A stretch of 60,909 nucleotides of DNA, the filler included, from Nitrospinota bacterium (GTDB lineage: Bacteria > JADFOP01), in assembly GCA_022562795.1 (NCBI GenBank). It is 4 parts of 4 records of this genome, joined end to end, with 100 filler letters (N's around TTAATTAATTAA, not from the genome) between each part and the next. Parts side by side here need not be neighbours in the genome. Positions count along the whole stretch, not along the records: positions 16,388 to 31,569 come from JADFOP010000047.1; positions 31,670 to 46,378 come from JADFOP010000048.1; 2 more parts are not named here. One strand, given 5' to 3'. Both the position numbers and the translations under genes were made by a program. Positions 28,262 to 38,187 of this stretch are shown here, one piece after another; position 1 is the stretch's first letter; each line of letters opens with the position of its first letter. Below the pieces are notes generated by a model that searched no databases, was not told where the DNA came from, and saw nothing but the letters and a program-made list of their open reading frames with translations.

Positions 28262-29170
28262 ATGGAAATTGGAATGATAGGTTTAGGCAAGATGGGAGCC
28301 AACATGGCCGAGCGGCTCATCCGAGGGGGACACCGAGTGGTCGGTTACGATCGGACCCAGGAGTCGCTAGAGCGGGCCGCCGAAAAGGGGATCGTTGCCG
28401 TGGACTCCTTAGAAGCCCTGGTCGGGGAGCTGAGCGCGCCTCGAGCGGTCTGGGTGATGGTCCCGGCCGGCCCTCCCGTGGACGAAAACATCGAGGCCCT
28501 CCTCGGCCTGCTCGCCGAGGACGATGTCATTTTGGATGGCGGTAATTCAAACTACAATGACACGCAGAAGCGGTCGGCGATGGTCGGCGATCGGGGCCTC
28601 CACTATGTGGATGTGGGAACAAGCGGCGGCGTTTGGGGCCTCGACGAAGGAGACAGCATGATGATCGGCGGGCCAGAGGAGGCCGTGGAGCGACTAAGGC
28701 CAATCTTCGAGACCCTGGCGCCGGCTGCGGACAAAGGCTGGGGCCGGGTAGGCCCGAGCGGAGCCGGCCACTTCGTGAAGATGGTCCACAACGGGATCGA
28801 GTACGGAATGATGCAGGCCTTTGCCGAGGGGTTCGCCATCATGAAGCGGAAAGAGGCATTAGGGCTCGACCTCCATCAGGTATCCGAGATATGGCGTTAC
28901 GGGAGCGTGGTCCGCTCCTGGCTTCTCGACCTCCTCGCCCCGGCTCTGGCCGAAGACCAAACGCTCGAAGGCGTGGCCCCCTACGTCGCCGACTCCGGCG
29001 AGGGGCGCTGGATGGTCTTCGAGTCGATCAATCTCGACGTGCCCGCTCCCGTCACAGCGCTATCGCTCATACAACGCCTCCGCTCCCGCGACGAGGAGTC
29101 CTACGGCGACCGGCTCCTCGCCGTCCTAAGACGCCAGTTCGGAGGCCACGCCATCAAGCCGAAGGAGTGA
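28262..29170 (+). CDS. gnd: 6-phosphogluconate dehydrogenase (short type)
   Basis: 'GLGKMG', 'DGGNS', 'SGG', 'KMVHNGIEYG', 'FGGH'. Confidence 0.95.
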   Translation: MEIGMIGLGKMGANMAERLIRGGHRVVGYDRTQESLERAAEKGIVAVDSLEALVGELSAPRAVWVMVPAGPPVDENIEALLGLLAEDDVILDGGNSNYNDTQKRSAMVGDRGLHYVDVGTSGGVWGLDEGDSMMIGGPEEAVERLRPIFETLAPAADKGWGRVGPSGAGHFVKMVHNGIEYGMMQAFAEGFAIMKRKEALGLDLHQVSEIWRYGSVVRSWLLDLLAPALAEDQTLEGVAPYVADSGEGRWMVFESINLDVPAPVTALSLIQRLRSRDEESYGDRLLAVLRRQFGGHAIKPKE

Positions 29171-29172
29171 CG

Positions 29173-30633
29173 ATGAGAGAAAATCGCGCCGAGCCTCATA
29201 TCTTCGTAATATTTGGTGGGACTGGAGACCTTTCGCGCCGGAAGCTCCTACCTGCGATTTCAAACCTCTCAAACCAGGGGCTTCTTCCGGATGAGGGCTC
29301 CATCGTACTCGGCGTGGCGCGGGATTCGGAACACGACGACGAGAGCTTTAGGGCCTTGGTCCACGAAGCGTTGCTCTCAAAGGGTTTTTCAGCCGAAGAC
29401 GTCGGCAGGTGGTGCGAGGGGTGTGTGCGTTACCAGACCATCGGGGGGCATGGGGCGGAAGACTTCCTGGCCCTCGCCTCCCGCATCGATGCTATAGAGG
29501 GCGAGCACAACCTTCCCGGCAATCGGGTCTTCTACCTCGCGTTGCCGCCTGTGGCGTTTCCCAGAACCATCACTGGACTTGGGGAGGCAGGGCTTAATTC
29601 GAGCTCCGGCTGGACGCGTGTCGTACTCGAGAAACCCTTCGGGCACGACCTCGCTTCGGCCCAGGAGCTCCACCGGCTTATCCACGCCAACTTCGACGAA
29701 TCCCAGGTCTACCGGCTCGACCATTACCTCGGGAAAGAGACGGTCCAGAACCTGCTCGTTTTCCGCTTCTCCAATCCCATTTTTGAGTCCATCTGGAACA
29801 GGGACCGGGTCCAAAGCATTCAGATAACCGTGGCTGAGGATCTGGGGGTTGAGCAGCGGGCAGGCTACTACGAGCAGTCGGGGGCGCTTCGCGACATGGT
29901 GCAAAACCACCTCATCCAGCTGGTGACGCTGATTGCGATGGAGGTCCCATCGGCCTTCACGGCCGATGCGGTTCGCTACGAGAAGACCAAGGTGCTGCGC
30001 TCGATCGCGCCCCTTCTTCGCCACGACGTGGTTTTCGGCCAATACGCCCGAGGCACCATCGAGGGAATCGAGGCGCCCGGCTACCTCGAAGAGCCCGGCG
30101 TCGCGCCTGATTCCCGGACGGAGACCTTCGTGGCCATGAAGCTTGAGGTGGATACGTGGAGATGGCAAGGTGTCCCCTTTTACATCCGAACGGGAAAGCG
30201 CCTGCCTCAAAAGCTGACCCAGGTGGCCGTGACCTTCCGACGTCCCCCCGTGTACATGTTTGACTCGCTTGGGTTTTGCCCTATCACCTCCAACGTGCTT
30301 TTGCTTACGTTGCAGCCCGACGAGGGCTTCTCCCTCTTCTTTGACGTCAAGACGCCGGGTGAGCCCTTCAACGTGGAGACCGTGCCTTTGCACTTCAATT
30401 ACGAAGATGCCTTCGGCTCTCTTCCGGATGCTTACGAAACCCTGCTCCTTGACGTCCTAACCGGAGACCAGACCCTCTTCGTCCACGCCGACGAGGTGGA
30501 GACCTCCTGGAAAATCTTCACACCGTTGTTTGAGAAGGGTCTGGAGGTCCATCCCTACGAGGCCGGCGCATGGGGGCCTCCTGAGGCAGACCAGCTGCTT
30601 TATCAGTACGGGCACATGTGGCGTAACGCGTAG
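29173..30633 (+). CDS. zwf: Glucose-6-phosphate 1-dehydrogenase
   Basis: 'GGTGDLSRRKL', 'EKPFG', 'RLDHYLGKE', 'RDMVQNH'. Confidence 0.96.
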   Translation: MRENRAEPHIFVIFGGTGDLSRRKLLPAISNLSNQGLLPDEGSIVLGVARDSEHDDESFRALVHEALLSKGFSAEDVGRWCEGCVRYQTIGGHGAEDFLALASRIDAIEGEHNLPGNRVFYLALPPVAFPRTITGLGEAGLNSSSGWTRVVLEKPFGHDLASAQELHRLIHANFDESQVYRLDHYLGKETVQNLLVFRFSNPIFESIWNRDRVQSIQITVAEDLGVEQRAGYYEQSGALRDMVQNHLIQLVTLIAMEVPSAFTADAVRYEKTKVLRSIAPLLRHDVVFGQYARGTIEGIEAPGYLEEPGVAPDSRTETFVAMKLEVDTWRWQGVPFYIRTGKRLPQKLTQVAVTFRRPPVYMFDSLGFCPITSNVLLLTLQPDEGFSLFFDVKTPGEPFNVETVPLHFNYEDAFGSLPDAYETLLLDVLTGDQTLFVHADEVETSWKIFTPLFEKGLEVHPYEAGAWGPPEADQLLYQYGHMWRNA

Positions 30634-30681
30634 ATGGAAATTCCGGGAAATCGCGTAAAATCGTCATTTGGCATGGCGCCG

Positions 30682-30712
30682 TATTCGGAAATTCCCGGAA
30701 ATTCGCGGAAAA
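30682..30712. repeat. 31-bp motif with 10-bp periodicity, shared with 45040-45070
   Basis: TATTCGGAAATTCCCGGAAATTCGCGGAAAA. Confidence 0.75.
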
Positions 30713-30731
30713 TCGTCCCTTAGGAGGGCGC

Positions 30732-31526
30732 ATGGGAGTTCGCCAAATTTTCGTCTTCGACGATATATCTTCCCTGGAGGAGGCCGCGGCCCGCGAGGTC
30801 GTCCGCACGGCTAGAAACGCGGTCTCGCGCCGAGGGGTCTGTCACGTGGCGCTGGCCGGGGGCTCCACGCCGCGCGGGGTGTACGCGCGCTTGAGCGAAG
30901 AGCCCCACCGCGGGCGGATCGACTGGTCGAAAGTGCACCTATTCTGGGGTGATGAGCGATGTGTCCCGCCCGACGACCCGAAGAGCAACTACCGGATGGC
31001 GCATGAGGCGCTCCTCTCAAGGACTCCCCTGCATGAGAGCTCGGTCCACCGAATCCACGTCGAGCTTGGCCCTGAACGGGCGGCGGCCGCGTACGAGGAA
31101 GAGATACGTGCCGTCGTCGGCGGGGCCACGCCACGTTTCGATTTGATTCTCCTTGGGATGGGCGCCGACGGACACACGGCCTCGCTCTTCCCCAACACCC
31201 CCGCGCTTCGGCAGGTTCGGCAAGAACCTCGCCTGGTGGCGCCGACCGTAGCGCCATCGCCTCCCCGGAGGCGGGTGACGCTCACTCTTAGGGCGATAAA
31301 CGCGGCTCGCAAGGTGTTGTTCCTCGTGGCAGGCGGGGAGAAGGCCCGCACCCTCGCCAGAGTGTTTGAGGAGGGAGGCCGGACCTCGGAAGGGAGCCTG
31401 CCCGCGTCCCTCGTGAGGCCGCCCAAAGGGCGTCTGCTCTGGATGGTTGACCGCGCCGCGGCGGCCCGTTCATCTTCTGCCGGCAACATCGGCTCTAAAA
31501 CCTCCTCTTTGCTAAGAAGAGACTAG
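30732..31526 (+). CDS. pgl: 6-phosphogluconolactonase
   Basis: 'LAGGSTP', 'GDERCVP', 'GMGADGHTASLFP'. Confidence 0.95.
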   Translation: MGVRQIFVFDDISSLEEAAAREVVRTARNAVSRRGVCHVALAGGSTPRGVYARLSEEPHRGRIDWSKVHLFWGDERCVPPDDPKSNYRMAHEALLSRTPLHESSVHRIHVELGPERAAAAYEEEIRAVVGGATPRFDLILLGMGADGHTASLFPNTPALRQVRQEPRLVAPTVAPSPPRRRVTLTLRAINAARKVLFLVAGGEKARTLARVFEEGGRTSEGSLPASLVRPPKGRLLWMVDRAAAARSSSAGNIGSKTSSLLRRD

Positions 31527-31569
31527 CAGAAACAAAGAGACCTGTCGTCACGTACTTCCCGTACTTCCT

Positions 31570-31669
31570 NNNNNNNNNNNNNNNNNNNNNNNNNNNNNNN
31601 NNNNNNNNNNNNNTTAATTAATTAANNNNNNNNNNNNNNNNNNNNNNNNNNNNNNNNNNNNNNNNNNNN
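31570..31669. other. Artificial contig linker
   Basis: N run with TTAATTAATTAA. Confidence 0.98.
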
Positions 31670-31816
31670 GAACCTATCCACTCCGATCTCCATCACATCG
31701 TGGAGACAGCGTGGAGGTGGTGCGAGCGCCGCCCGCTCGGCTTCGCTTCGCCCCCTCAGCCTGCGGCTTCTGAATGAGCCCCCCATTGCTGGTGTCCTAA
31801 CGAAGGAGGTCGGTGG

Positions 31817-33001
31817 ATGGCCCCGCGAGGAGACGCGGCTTCCGGGTCAAAGCCTGAGAGGCCTTTGAAGATTTGTCTCATGCTCGGGGGCATGGGCTTT
31901 GGTGGAGGTGAGAAGTACGTCCTCTCCCTTGCCGAGCACCTCTCGGGCGCACACTACTCCTTTCACTTCGTCACCCACCAAGAGAGCCTCTTCTGCGAGG
32001 AAGCGCGACGGCGAGGCTACCCCGTAACGGTCATCGACATGACCTGGCGCCTCAATCCCCTGAGCCTCTATAAGCTCATCCAGTTCTTCAAGCGCCAGCG
32101 CATCGATCTGGTTCACACCAACGGGGCTAGGATGAACTTCTACGGCCGCCTGGCAGCCCACAGGGCAGCAGTTCCCAATATCTGCTCGACGGTCCACAAC
32201 TCTCTGTTCGACTACCCCATCGGGGCCTTCAAGCGGTCCGTCTACGTAAAGGCCGACGCGTGGACCGCCCGGTACGCCCACCGCATCATCACTGTGGCTG
32301 AGGCCCTGGCCCGCGACCTCCGAGACAGGTACGGCATCCCCGCAGAGAAGATTCTCACCATCCACAACGGCATTGACCTGGCCGGACTGGCACCGGCACG
32401 CTCCCGCGACGCGGTCCTCAAAGAACTTGGCATTCCCACCGAGGCTCTGTGCATGGGAGCCATCGGGCGAATGACCAACCAGAAGGGGTTCGTCTTCCTC
32501 CTGCGGGCTCTTCCCGCACTGTTCGACCGCTTCCGCACGGCCCGATGCCTACTGGTGGGAGAAGGGCCTCTTCGCGGCGATTTAGAAAGGGAGGCGGCCA
32601 AGCTCGGAGTAAGCGACCGCTGCATATTCACCGGACTGAGAAACGACATCCCTGACCTGTTTCAGGCAATGGATGTCTTCGTCATGCCGTCTCTCTCGGA
32701 GGGCTTTCCCATGGTCTTGCTCGAGGCGATGGGGATGGAGCGGCCCGTTGCGGCGACTGCCGTAAGCGGCAACCCCGAGCTCATCGAGCACGGCCGAACC
32801 GGCCTTCTCATCTCTCCTTCAGACCCCCCGGCTATTGTCGAGGCTGTCGCCTGGCTTTTGGAGAACCGTGACGAGGCGGTCGCAATGGGCCAAGCGGCCC
32901 GCTCGGCCGTCGAACAAAAATTCACCGTCACAGCGATGGCCGATAAGACCGAAGGCGTCTACAGGGCGATGTGGAGCGCTCCCTCAGGAGGCCCGCCCTG
33001 A
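31817..33001 (+). CDS. Glycosyltransferase family 4
   Basis: 'GGGEKY', 'HNGID', 'KG', 'EGFPMVLLEAM' (EX7E). Confidence 0.92.
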   Translation: MAPRGDAASGSKPERPLKICLMLGGMGFGGGEKYVLSLAEHLSGAHYSFHFVTHQESLFCEEARRRGYPVTVIDMTWRLNPLSLYKLIQFFKRQRIDLVHTNGARMNFYGRLAAHRAAVPNICSTVHNSLFDYPIGAFKRSVYVKADAWTARYAHRIITVAEALARDLRDRYGIPAEKILTIHNGIDLAGLAPARSRDAVLKELGIPTEALCMGAIGRMTNQKGFVFLLRALPALFDRFRTARCLLVGEGPLRGDLEREAAKLGVSDRCIFTGLRNDIPDLFQAMDVFVMPSLSEGFPMVLLEAMGMERPVAATAVSGNPELIEHGRTGLLISPSDPPAIVEAVAWLLENRDEAVAMGQAARSAVEQKFTVTAMADKTEGVYRAMWSAPSGGPP

Positions 33002-33039
33002 TGTGACATGGGAGGGGGGCTGGTGAAAGGGCTAAAGGG

Positions 33040-34308
33040 TCATTCCTGAAGTAGGGCGGCAAAGCGCCCGGGGTCCTCGAAAGGCCCTATAACTGCAAAC
33101 TTCATACGCTCAGGGCTAAACAGGTGTGCGGAGACCCGCGCGACATCGTCTCGCGTTACCCGGTCGACCTTCTCCAGAATCTCTCTTGGTGTCAAAATCT
33201 TATCGTAGAGCAGCTCGCTAACCCCCAGGAGGCTGGCCACCCGCATGGAGCTCTCCAGCTGAAGGGTCAATCGGCCCCGGAAGAACTCCTTAGCCTTGGC
33301 GAACTCCGCCTCATCTAAGCCGTCCTTGACAATCTTGCGATATTCCTCGCGAATAGCAACCACAGACTGGTCGACCCGAGAGATGTCCACCCCCGCCTTG
33401 GTGACCATGACGCCTGCGTCGGTATACCCGAAAGAGCCAGTGTTGACGTAGTAGGCAAGGCCCTGCCGTTCACGTACCGACAGGAACATCCGGGAGCTCA
33501 TGTTGCCGCCGAGGATGATCCCGGTGAGGCGCGCCGTGTAGAAGTCCTCGTGCTCCTGTGGATATCCAATGACCCCAATGGCCAGGTGGGCTTGCTCGGT
33601 GGGGCGCTGGCGGATAAAGACCGGCTCGCCGTCGGCGGGCACCTCGAAGGGCTTCCAGGTGTAGTCCTTGCCTGCCTTCGAAAATGCAAATGAAGAAGAG
33701 ACTAACCCTGGCAGAGTAGCTTCATCGAAGGCGCCGGCGACGCTCACCACCGTGTTGTCCGGCGTGTAGAGCTTGGCCCTGTAGTCCACGAAGTCGCCCC
33801 GCTGCAGGCTCTTGATGGTCTCCATGGTGCCGATCTCGTCCCACCCCAGGGGCTGGTCGCCGAATAGGTGTCGCTCGAAGTCGAAGCTCACCTGCGAGGA
33901 GGGGGTGTCCAGGTACATGTTGTACTCTTCCAATATTACACCCCGTTCGCGCTCGATCTCCTCTTCCGGGAAGGTAGAATTGAGGAGCATGTCGGAGAGC
34001 ACGTCGAGGGCCAGCTCTAGGTGCTCAGAGGCCACCCGGACGTAGTAGCCGGCATACTCCTTGGAGGTGAAGGCGTTGAACTCCCCCCCTACCCCGTCGA
34101 TGGCTTCGGCCACAGCCTTGGTGTTGGGATATCGCTTGGCCCCCTTGAAGAACATGTGCTCGGTGAAGTGAGCCAGGCCGTTGATCTCCCGCCATTCGTA
34201 GCGGCTCCCAGCCCCCACGAGCACGAGGATGGTAACTGCCTCGGTGTTTGCCATGGGCGTCGAAAGGAGCCGAAGGTCGTACTGAAGTCGTGTCAGGGTA
34301 TATTCCAT
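33040..34308 (-). CDS. M16 (pitrilysin-family) peptidase
   Basis: 'GLAHFTEHMFFKG' (HxxEH), 'NAFTS', 'SSRMFLSVRERQGLAY'. Confidence 0.93.
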   Translation of the reverse strand: MEYTLTRLQYDLRLLSTPMANTEAVTILVLVGAGSRYEWREINGLAHFTEHMFFKGAKRYPNTKAVAEAIDGVGGEFNAFTSKEYAGYYVRVASEHLELALDVLSDMLLNSTFPEEEIERERGVILEEYNMYLDTPSSQVSFDFERHLFGDQPLGWDEIGTMETIKSLQRGDFVDYRAKLYTPDNTVVSVAGAFDEATLPGLVSSSFAFSKAGKDYTWKPFEVPADGEPVFIRQRPTEQAHLAIGVIGYPQEHEDFYTARLTGIILGGNMSSRMFLSVRERQGLAYYVNTGSFGYTDAGVMVTKAGVDISRVDQSVVAIREEYRKIVKDGLDEAEFAKAKEFFRGRLTLQLESSMRVASLLGVSELLYDKILTPREILEKVDRVTRDDVARVSAHLFSPERMKFAVIGPFEDPGRFAALLQE

Positions 34309-34455
34309 CGGAGCGCATCTCCATGTGGGTAATAAAGTGGAACGCCTATTATACTCTTACTGACCCCCACTAGGTTGGGACCCCATCCCCTCAATAGTAA
34401 TGCCCGGCCCGGCGTTGTCAAGAAGACCCGCTTCGTGCGGGCGGACGCCGGGCTC

Positions 34456-35676
34456 TCACCTCTTCGGGTCTAAGACTTCCTGTATGGTCTCATCGACCAC
34501 CTGGAGAAAATGCTTCTCATTGAGGTGGTCCTGGATATACCGGAGAGCGCCTTCGGCCAGGACGCGGCGCTCCTCGGGGTGGGCCAAGAGGTGGGCTATC
34601 TCTTCACTCAGACGAGCCACGTCCCCTGGGGGAACCAGGCGGCCAGTCTTGCCGTGGACAACCACATCGGGGATGCCACCGATTGCCGAGGTAATGATTG
34701 GGGTGCCGCATGCCATCGCCTCGGTAATCACGAGCGGCATCCCTTCGACGCGCAAAGTGGGGTTGATGAAGAGATCGCTCGCATTGTAATAGCCCGGCAT
34801 GGCGTCCGGCTCGACGGCCCCACAGAAACGCACTCTCCCAACGATACCCAGCCGCTCGGCCAAGCCTTTTAGGTTCGCTTCGTAGCGTCCCCCACCAACT
34901 ACAAGGACCCCGAGGTCGGGAAAGGTTTCGATAAGCCGACAAACGGCCTCGAGGCCCACCTGCAGCCCCTTCTGCTTGGAGAGCACGGCCGCCATGAGGA
35001 TGACCGGCTGCTGCTCGCCAAAGCCATATTGCTTTCGCACGTGAGCCCGAAGGATGGGGTCAGGCCGGAAGCGCTCCACATCGGCGGGGGATAATGCGGG
35101 TCGAAACTTGGCCTCAGAGACCCCAAACTCCTTCATGAGAATTGGGATCAGAGAGGTATGGTCAACCAGTATCCGGTCGGCTGCCCGTAGCACATCCCGG
35201 AACCAGCACCGATATCCCCACCACCACTCGGGTAGGGCCCTGAGCAAAAAATGCGACATGTCCTTTAGTCCGTCCGCTTCGGTCCATCGGTTTCGCAGCC
35301 CGTCCTTCCACCCGCCGCTCAGAAACGAAACGAATGGCAACGGCGACCTAGGGCGGCAGGTGGTCGCCCAGCCGTAGCCCGCCATGGAGATGTCCATGAC
35401 GACATCCACGGGGTCGCGGCCGTGAACCCTCTCAAATGCCTGAGCGCTGGCCTCCCAGTAGGCTTGCGAGAAACGGGCAATCGGGGTCTGAGCAAGGTAG
35501 TGAATCTCCACCCCCTGGGCCTCCTCGCGCTCCACACCCTCGGGATGGCGGGTCGTCAGCACCGTCACGCGGTGCCCAAGCTGGACCAAGGAGTCTATCA
35601 AGTACTTGGCCTGCCGCTCGTTTCCCCCCAACCCGTGGGCTAGCAAGCTCCTGGCAAAAAAGCAAATGTGCGCCAT
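34456..35676 (-). CDS. Glycosyltransferase family 4
   Basis: 'GGNE', 'QKG', 'EGMPLVITEAMACG'. Confidence 0.9.
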   Translation of the reverse strand: MAHICFFARSLLAHGLGGNERQAKYLIDSLVQLGHRVTVLTTRHPEGVEREEAQGVEIHYLAQTPIARFSQAYWEASAQAFERVHGRDPVDVVMDISMAGYGWATTCRPRSPLPFVSFLSGGWKDGLRNRWTEADGLKDMSHFLLRALPEWWWGYRCWFRDVLRAADRILVDHTSLIPILMKEFGVSEAKFRPALSPADVERFRPDPILRAHVRKQYGFGEQQPVILMAAVLSKQKGLQVGLEAVCRLIETFPDLGVLVVGGGRYEANLKGLAERLGIVGRVRFCGAVEPDAMPGYYNASDLFINPTLRVEGMPLVITEAMACGTPIITSAIGGIPDVVVHGKTGRLVPPGDVARLSEEIAHLLAHPEERRVLAEGALRYIQDHLNEKHFLQVVDETIQEVLDPKR

Positions 35677-35762
35677 CTTCCACCCGCCTCCCGAAGGGGC
35701 CTTATGCTCTCGGGTCTTCGCAGGGCCGTAATCGACATAGACTAATTATGCCTACCATGCCC

Positions 35763-36680
35763 TCAAAAGTCCCGCCAACTGGCGTCGCCCCGGAGGCCGT
35801 CCCAGAAGGCCCGTCCGATTATGCTCCACTCGACACCCCGCAAGCCCCGGTGATGGCGCACCGCATCAACATACGCTTTGGGGATCCCCAAGAGGACGTG
35901 GCCCCCAATGGCGACCAGACGGCCCAGGCCCTTGGTATGGCGTCTCAATAGGATTATCTTGTTGCGGTAGGTGTAATAGATCCGCTCGGGGGTGCGGCGC
36001 CCGCCGGGGGCAACCTTGTGTTTGATGAGAGCCCCTGGGGCAAAGTAGATCCCATAGCCGTGCTCCTTGAGGCGCAGGCAGAAATCGACCTCCTCATGGT
36101 CCGTGTAGAAAGTATAATCGAAACCGTCCACCGAATTGAAGGCATCGGCCTTAATCAGTTGGCCACATCCTATAACAGAATCGCACTCCGTTGGTATGTC
36201 GGGGTCCTTCATGGTGAACCGCCCTGTGATGCGGTTCATATATCGTGCCGCGCTTTGGATCTCCTCAGGCCTGTCAAAGTAGACCACCCGTGCACCCACC
36301 ACGCCGGCCTGGGGGTGAGCGGCAAAGACGGCTACCATTTGCCGGAGGCAGTCCGGGGCCAGCTCCACATCGTCGTCAATACAAAGTATGTAGGCAGCCC
36401 GCTCGTCGCGGAGGCGAAATGCCCGATCCCGCGCGGGGCCGACGCCTAAATTCGTTTGGTGTTCCACCAGGCGAAGGTTCCACCACCCATCGGACCCCAT
36501 GTCCTCCAAGGCCTCCCTGAGGCGAGCAGGCGAGCCGTCGGTGGAGCCGTTGTCCCAGATGAGGATTTCCAATCGCTCTTTGGGATAGTCGAGCTCCTGG
36601 AGAGAAGCTAAGGTGGCCAGAGTAAGCTCGGCTCTGTTCCGCGTGGGGAAGATGATGGAGACAAAGGGGAGGTTTTCCAT
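35763..36680 (-). CDS. Glycosyltransferase family 2
   Basis: 'SIIFPTRN', 'DNGSTDGS', 'DDD', 'EEVDFCLR'. Confidence 0.9.
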   Translation of the reverse strand: MENLPFVSIIFPTRNRAELTLATLASLQELDYPKERLEILIWDNGSTDGSPARLREALEDMGSDGWWNLRLVEHQTNLGVGPARDRAFRLRDERAAYILCIDDDVELAPDCLRQMVAVFAAHPQAGVVGARVVYFDRPEEIQSAARYMNRITGRFTMKDPDIPTECDSVIGCGQLIKADAFNSVDGFDYTFYTDHEEVDFCLRLKEHGYGIYFAPGALIKHKVAPGGRRTPERIYYTYRNKIILLRRHTKGLGRLVAIGGHVLLGIPKAYVDAVRHHRGLRGVEWSIIGRAFWDGLRGDASWRDF

Positions 36681-36906
36681 GGCTGTGAGTTCCCTTGTTC
36701 ACCCCATACCAACCCATGGCCACGGTGACCGCCATGGCTTTTCGGTTCCTGAAGCGCTCTCGTTCTCAACAGAACCCCAAGGGATTGGAAGTTAGGACAG
36801 TGCTAGCCGGGGCCGATGGGAAGCGACTCGAATAAGCCTTTGACGGGCTTAGGGGGACTACCCGTGCTTTCCTAAGAACTGATCGGATCGTCCACGAGGC
36901 GCCCTT

Positions 36907-37554
36907 TCATGCTATCTTACGAAGAAAGCCCTTGGGATTAAAGGTTAAATAGTGATGCTCTTTATCTCTGTCGACTATAAAATCTTTGTTCTCTTTTAAA
37001 AATTCCTCAATCGCCTCCATCGGGCCGGGGCCAAACTCTGGAACCACCGGATGACCGTTCAGGTTGGAATCCTCAACGATCAAATAACTCCCCTTAGTAA
37101 CAAAACTGCTGTACATTCTCAATTCGTTAAGTACGTGCTCTCTGGTGTGGTCCGAATCCAATATCACCATGACCTCATCTTCGTCTGTTATAAAACTTCT
37201 AACCTTCTCGACAATCTCCTCCGAGGTCGATGAACCGCGCACATAGGATATTCGTTCGTGTTCTGGCCGTCCTTCTCTGTCCTCAATGTCGATTGTAATG
37301 ACCTTTCCATGACCTAATAAGTGGCTAATAGAAGCCAGAAAAAGAGCACTCCCACCGTGGGCTGTTCCACACTCGATGATGACATCTGGTTTCAAATCAT
37401 AAATGATTTCCTGATACATCCACATATCCAACGGACACTTCAATGTTGGAACTCCAAACCAAAACGTGTTAGCCCAGGCCCGCCCAAAATGATGTGCATC
37501 GTAGTAAAGTTTATGAAAGTTATTCGTGACCTCTATTTCGACTTTGGGACTCAC
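36907..37554 (-). CDS. CmcI/cephalosporin hydroxylase-family (rhamnosyl O-) methyltransferase
   Basis: 'KCPLD...YQEII..LKPDVIIECGTAHGGS', 'LDSDH', 'YLIVED'. Confidence 0.85.
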   Translation of the reverse strand: MSPKVEIEVTNNFHKLYYDAHHFGRAWANTFWFGVPTLKCPLDMWMYQEIIYDLKPDVIIECGTAHGGSALFLASISHLLGHGKVITIDIEDREGRPEHERISYVRGSSTSEEIVEKVRSFITDEDEVMVILDSDHTREHVLNELRMYSSFVTKGSYLIVEDSNLNGHPVVPEFGPGPMEAIEEFLKENKDFIVDRDKEHHYLTFNPKGFLRKIA

Positions 37555-38187
37555 GTAGACTCAACGTCGCACAAGTTTTCGTAATGTCAATACCTCGTCA
37601 TAAAGAATTCTCACCGGTTTGATCGAGCGCAGGAGTTTTCTTATCTTCTTCATCAGGCTCTACTCCACCATGTTTCACGTCTGGTTGTCCATGTCGTCTC
37701 GTATGTAACCGACGTGATCCGCCAATGAGGACCCGTCCATTTGTCTACCGAGAGACCCATATTATAGGCCATTTCCTCAGTCGGTGGGGCTACACTCAAT
37801 CGCGAAAAGCTCGAAGTATCGAAACGTCTGAATGCGAATGGAGGCAATAGTCTGCGCTATCTTTTATGCTCTGTTATAGAAGGGCTACATGAGGTTGACT
37901 CTCGGTAAAGTACTAACCCCTGCCTTAGCTCCTAAAAACCTTTGCCCTCACCCGACGTAGCAGAGGCTGAAGACCCCAGTGGACAGGGCCAGGCTCCATG
38001 CGGGCAGGCCATGGACCAAGAAACCCTTAGCATAGAAAGGGTTGGATTACAACAGGGCCTCGGAGAGAAAATGCCTTCCTGCTGGAGGTGAACCCTCCTC
38101 GTGAAGCCATCCACAGCGGCCGATGGTGTACCCTGGCCCTCTCAAACGGGTTGACTCCTTTCCTTTCGGAGCCTGTTTAACGTGCAT

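Noticed and set aside
28633-30633. 666-aa ORF suggesting an extended Zwf
   Set aside because: The first 180 codons are an alternative frame over gnd; the real zwf starts at 29173 after an AAGGAG RBS.
37555-37653. In-frame TGA (37561-37563) in a possible N-terminal extension of the CmcI methyltransferase
   Set aside because: Basic, non-conserved-looking context (LVRR*VYV), no Cys motif and no compact SECIS-like hairpin. More likely a nonsense change or non-coding sequence.
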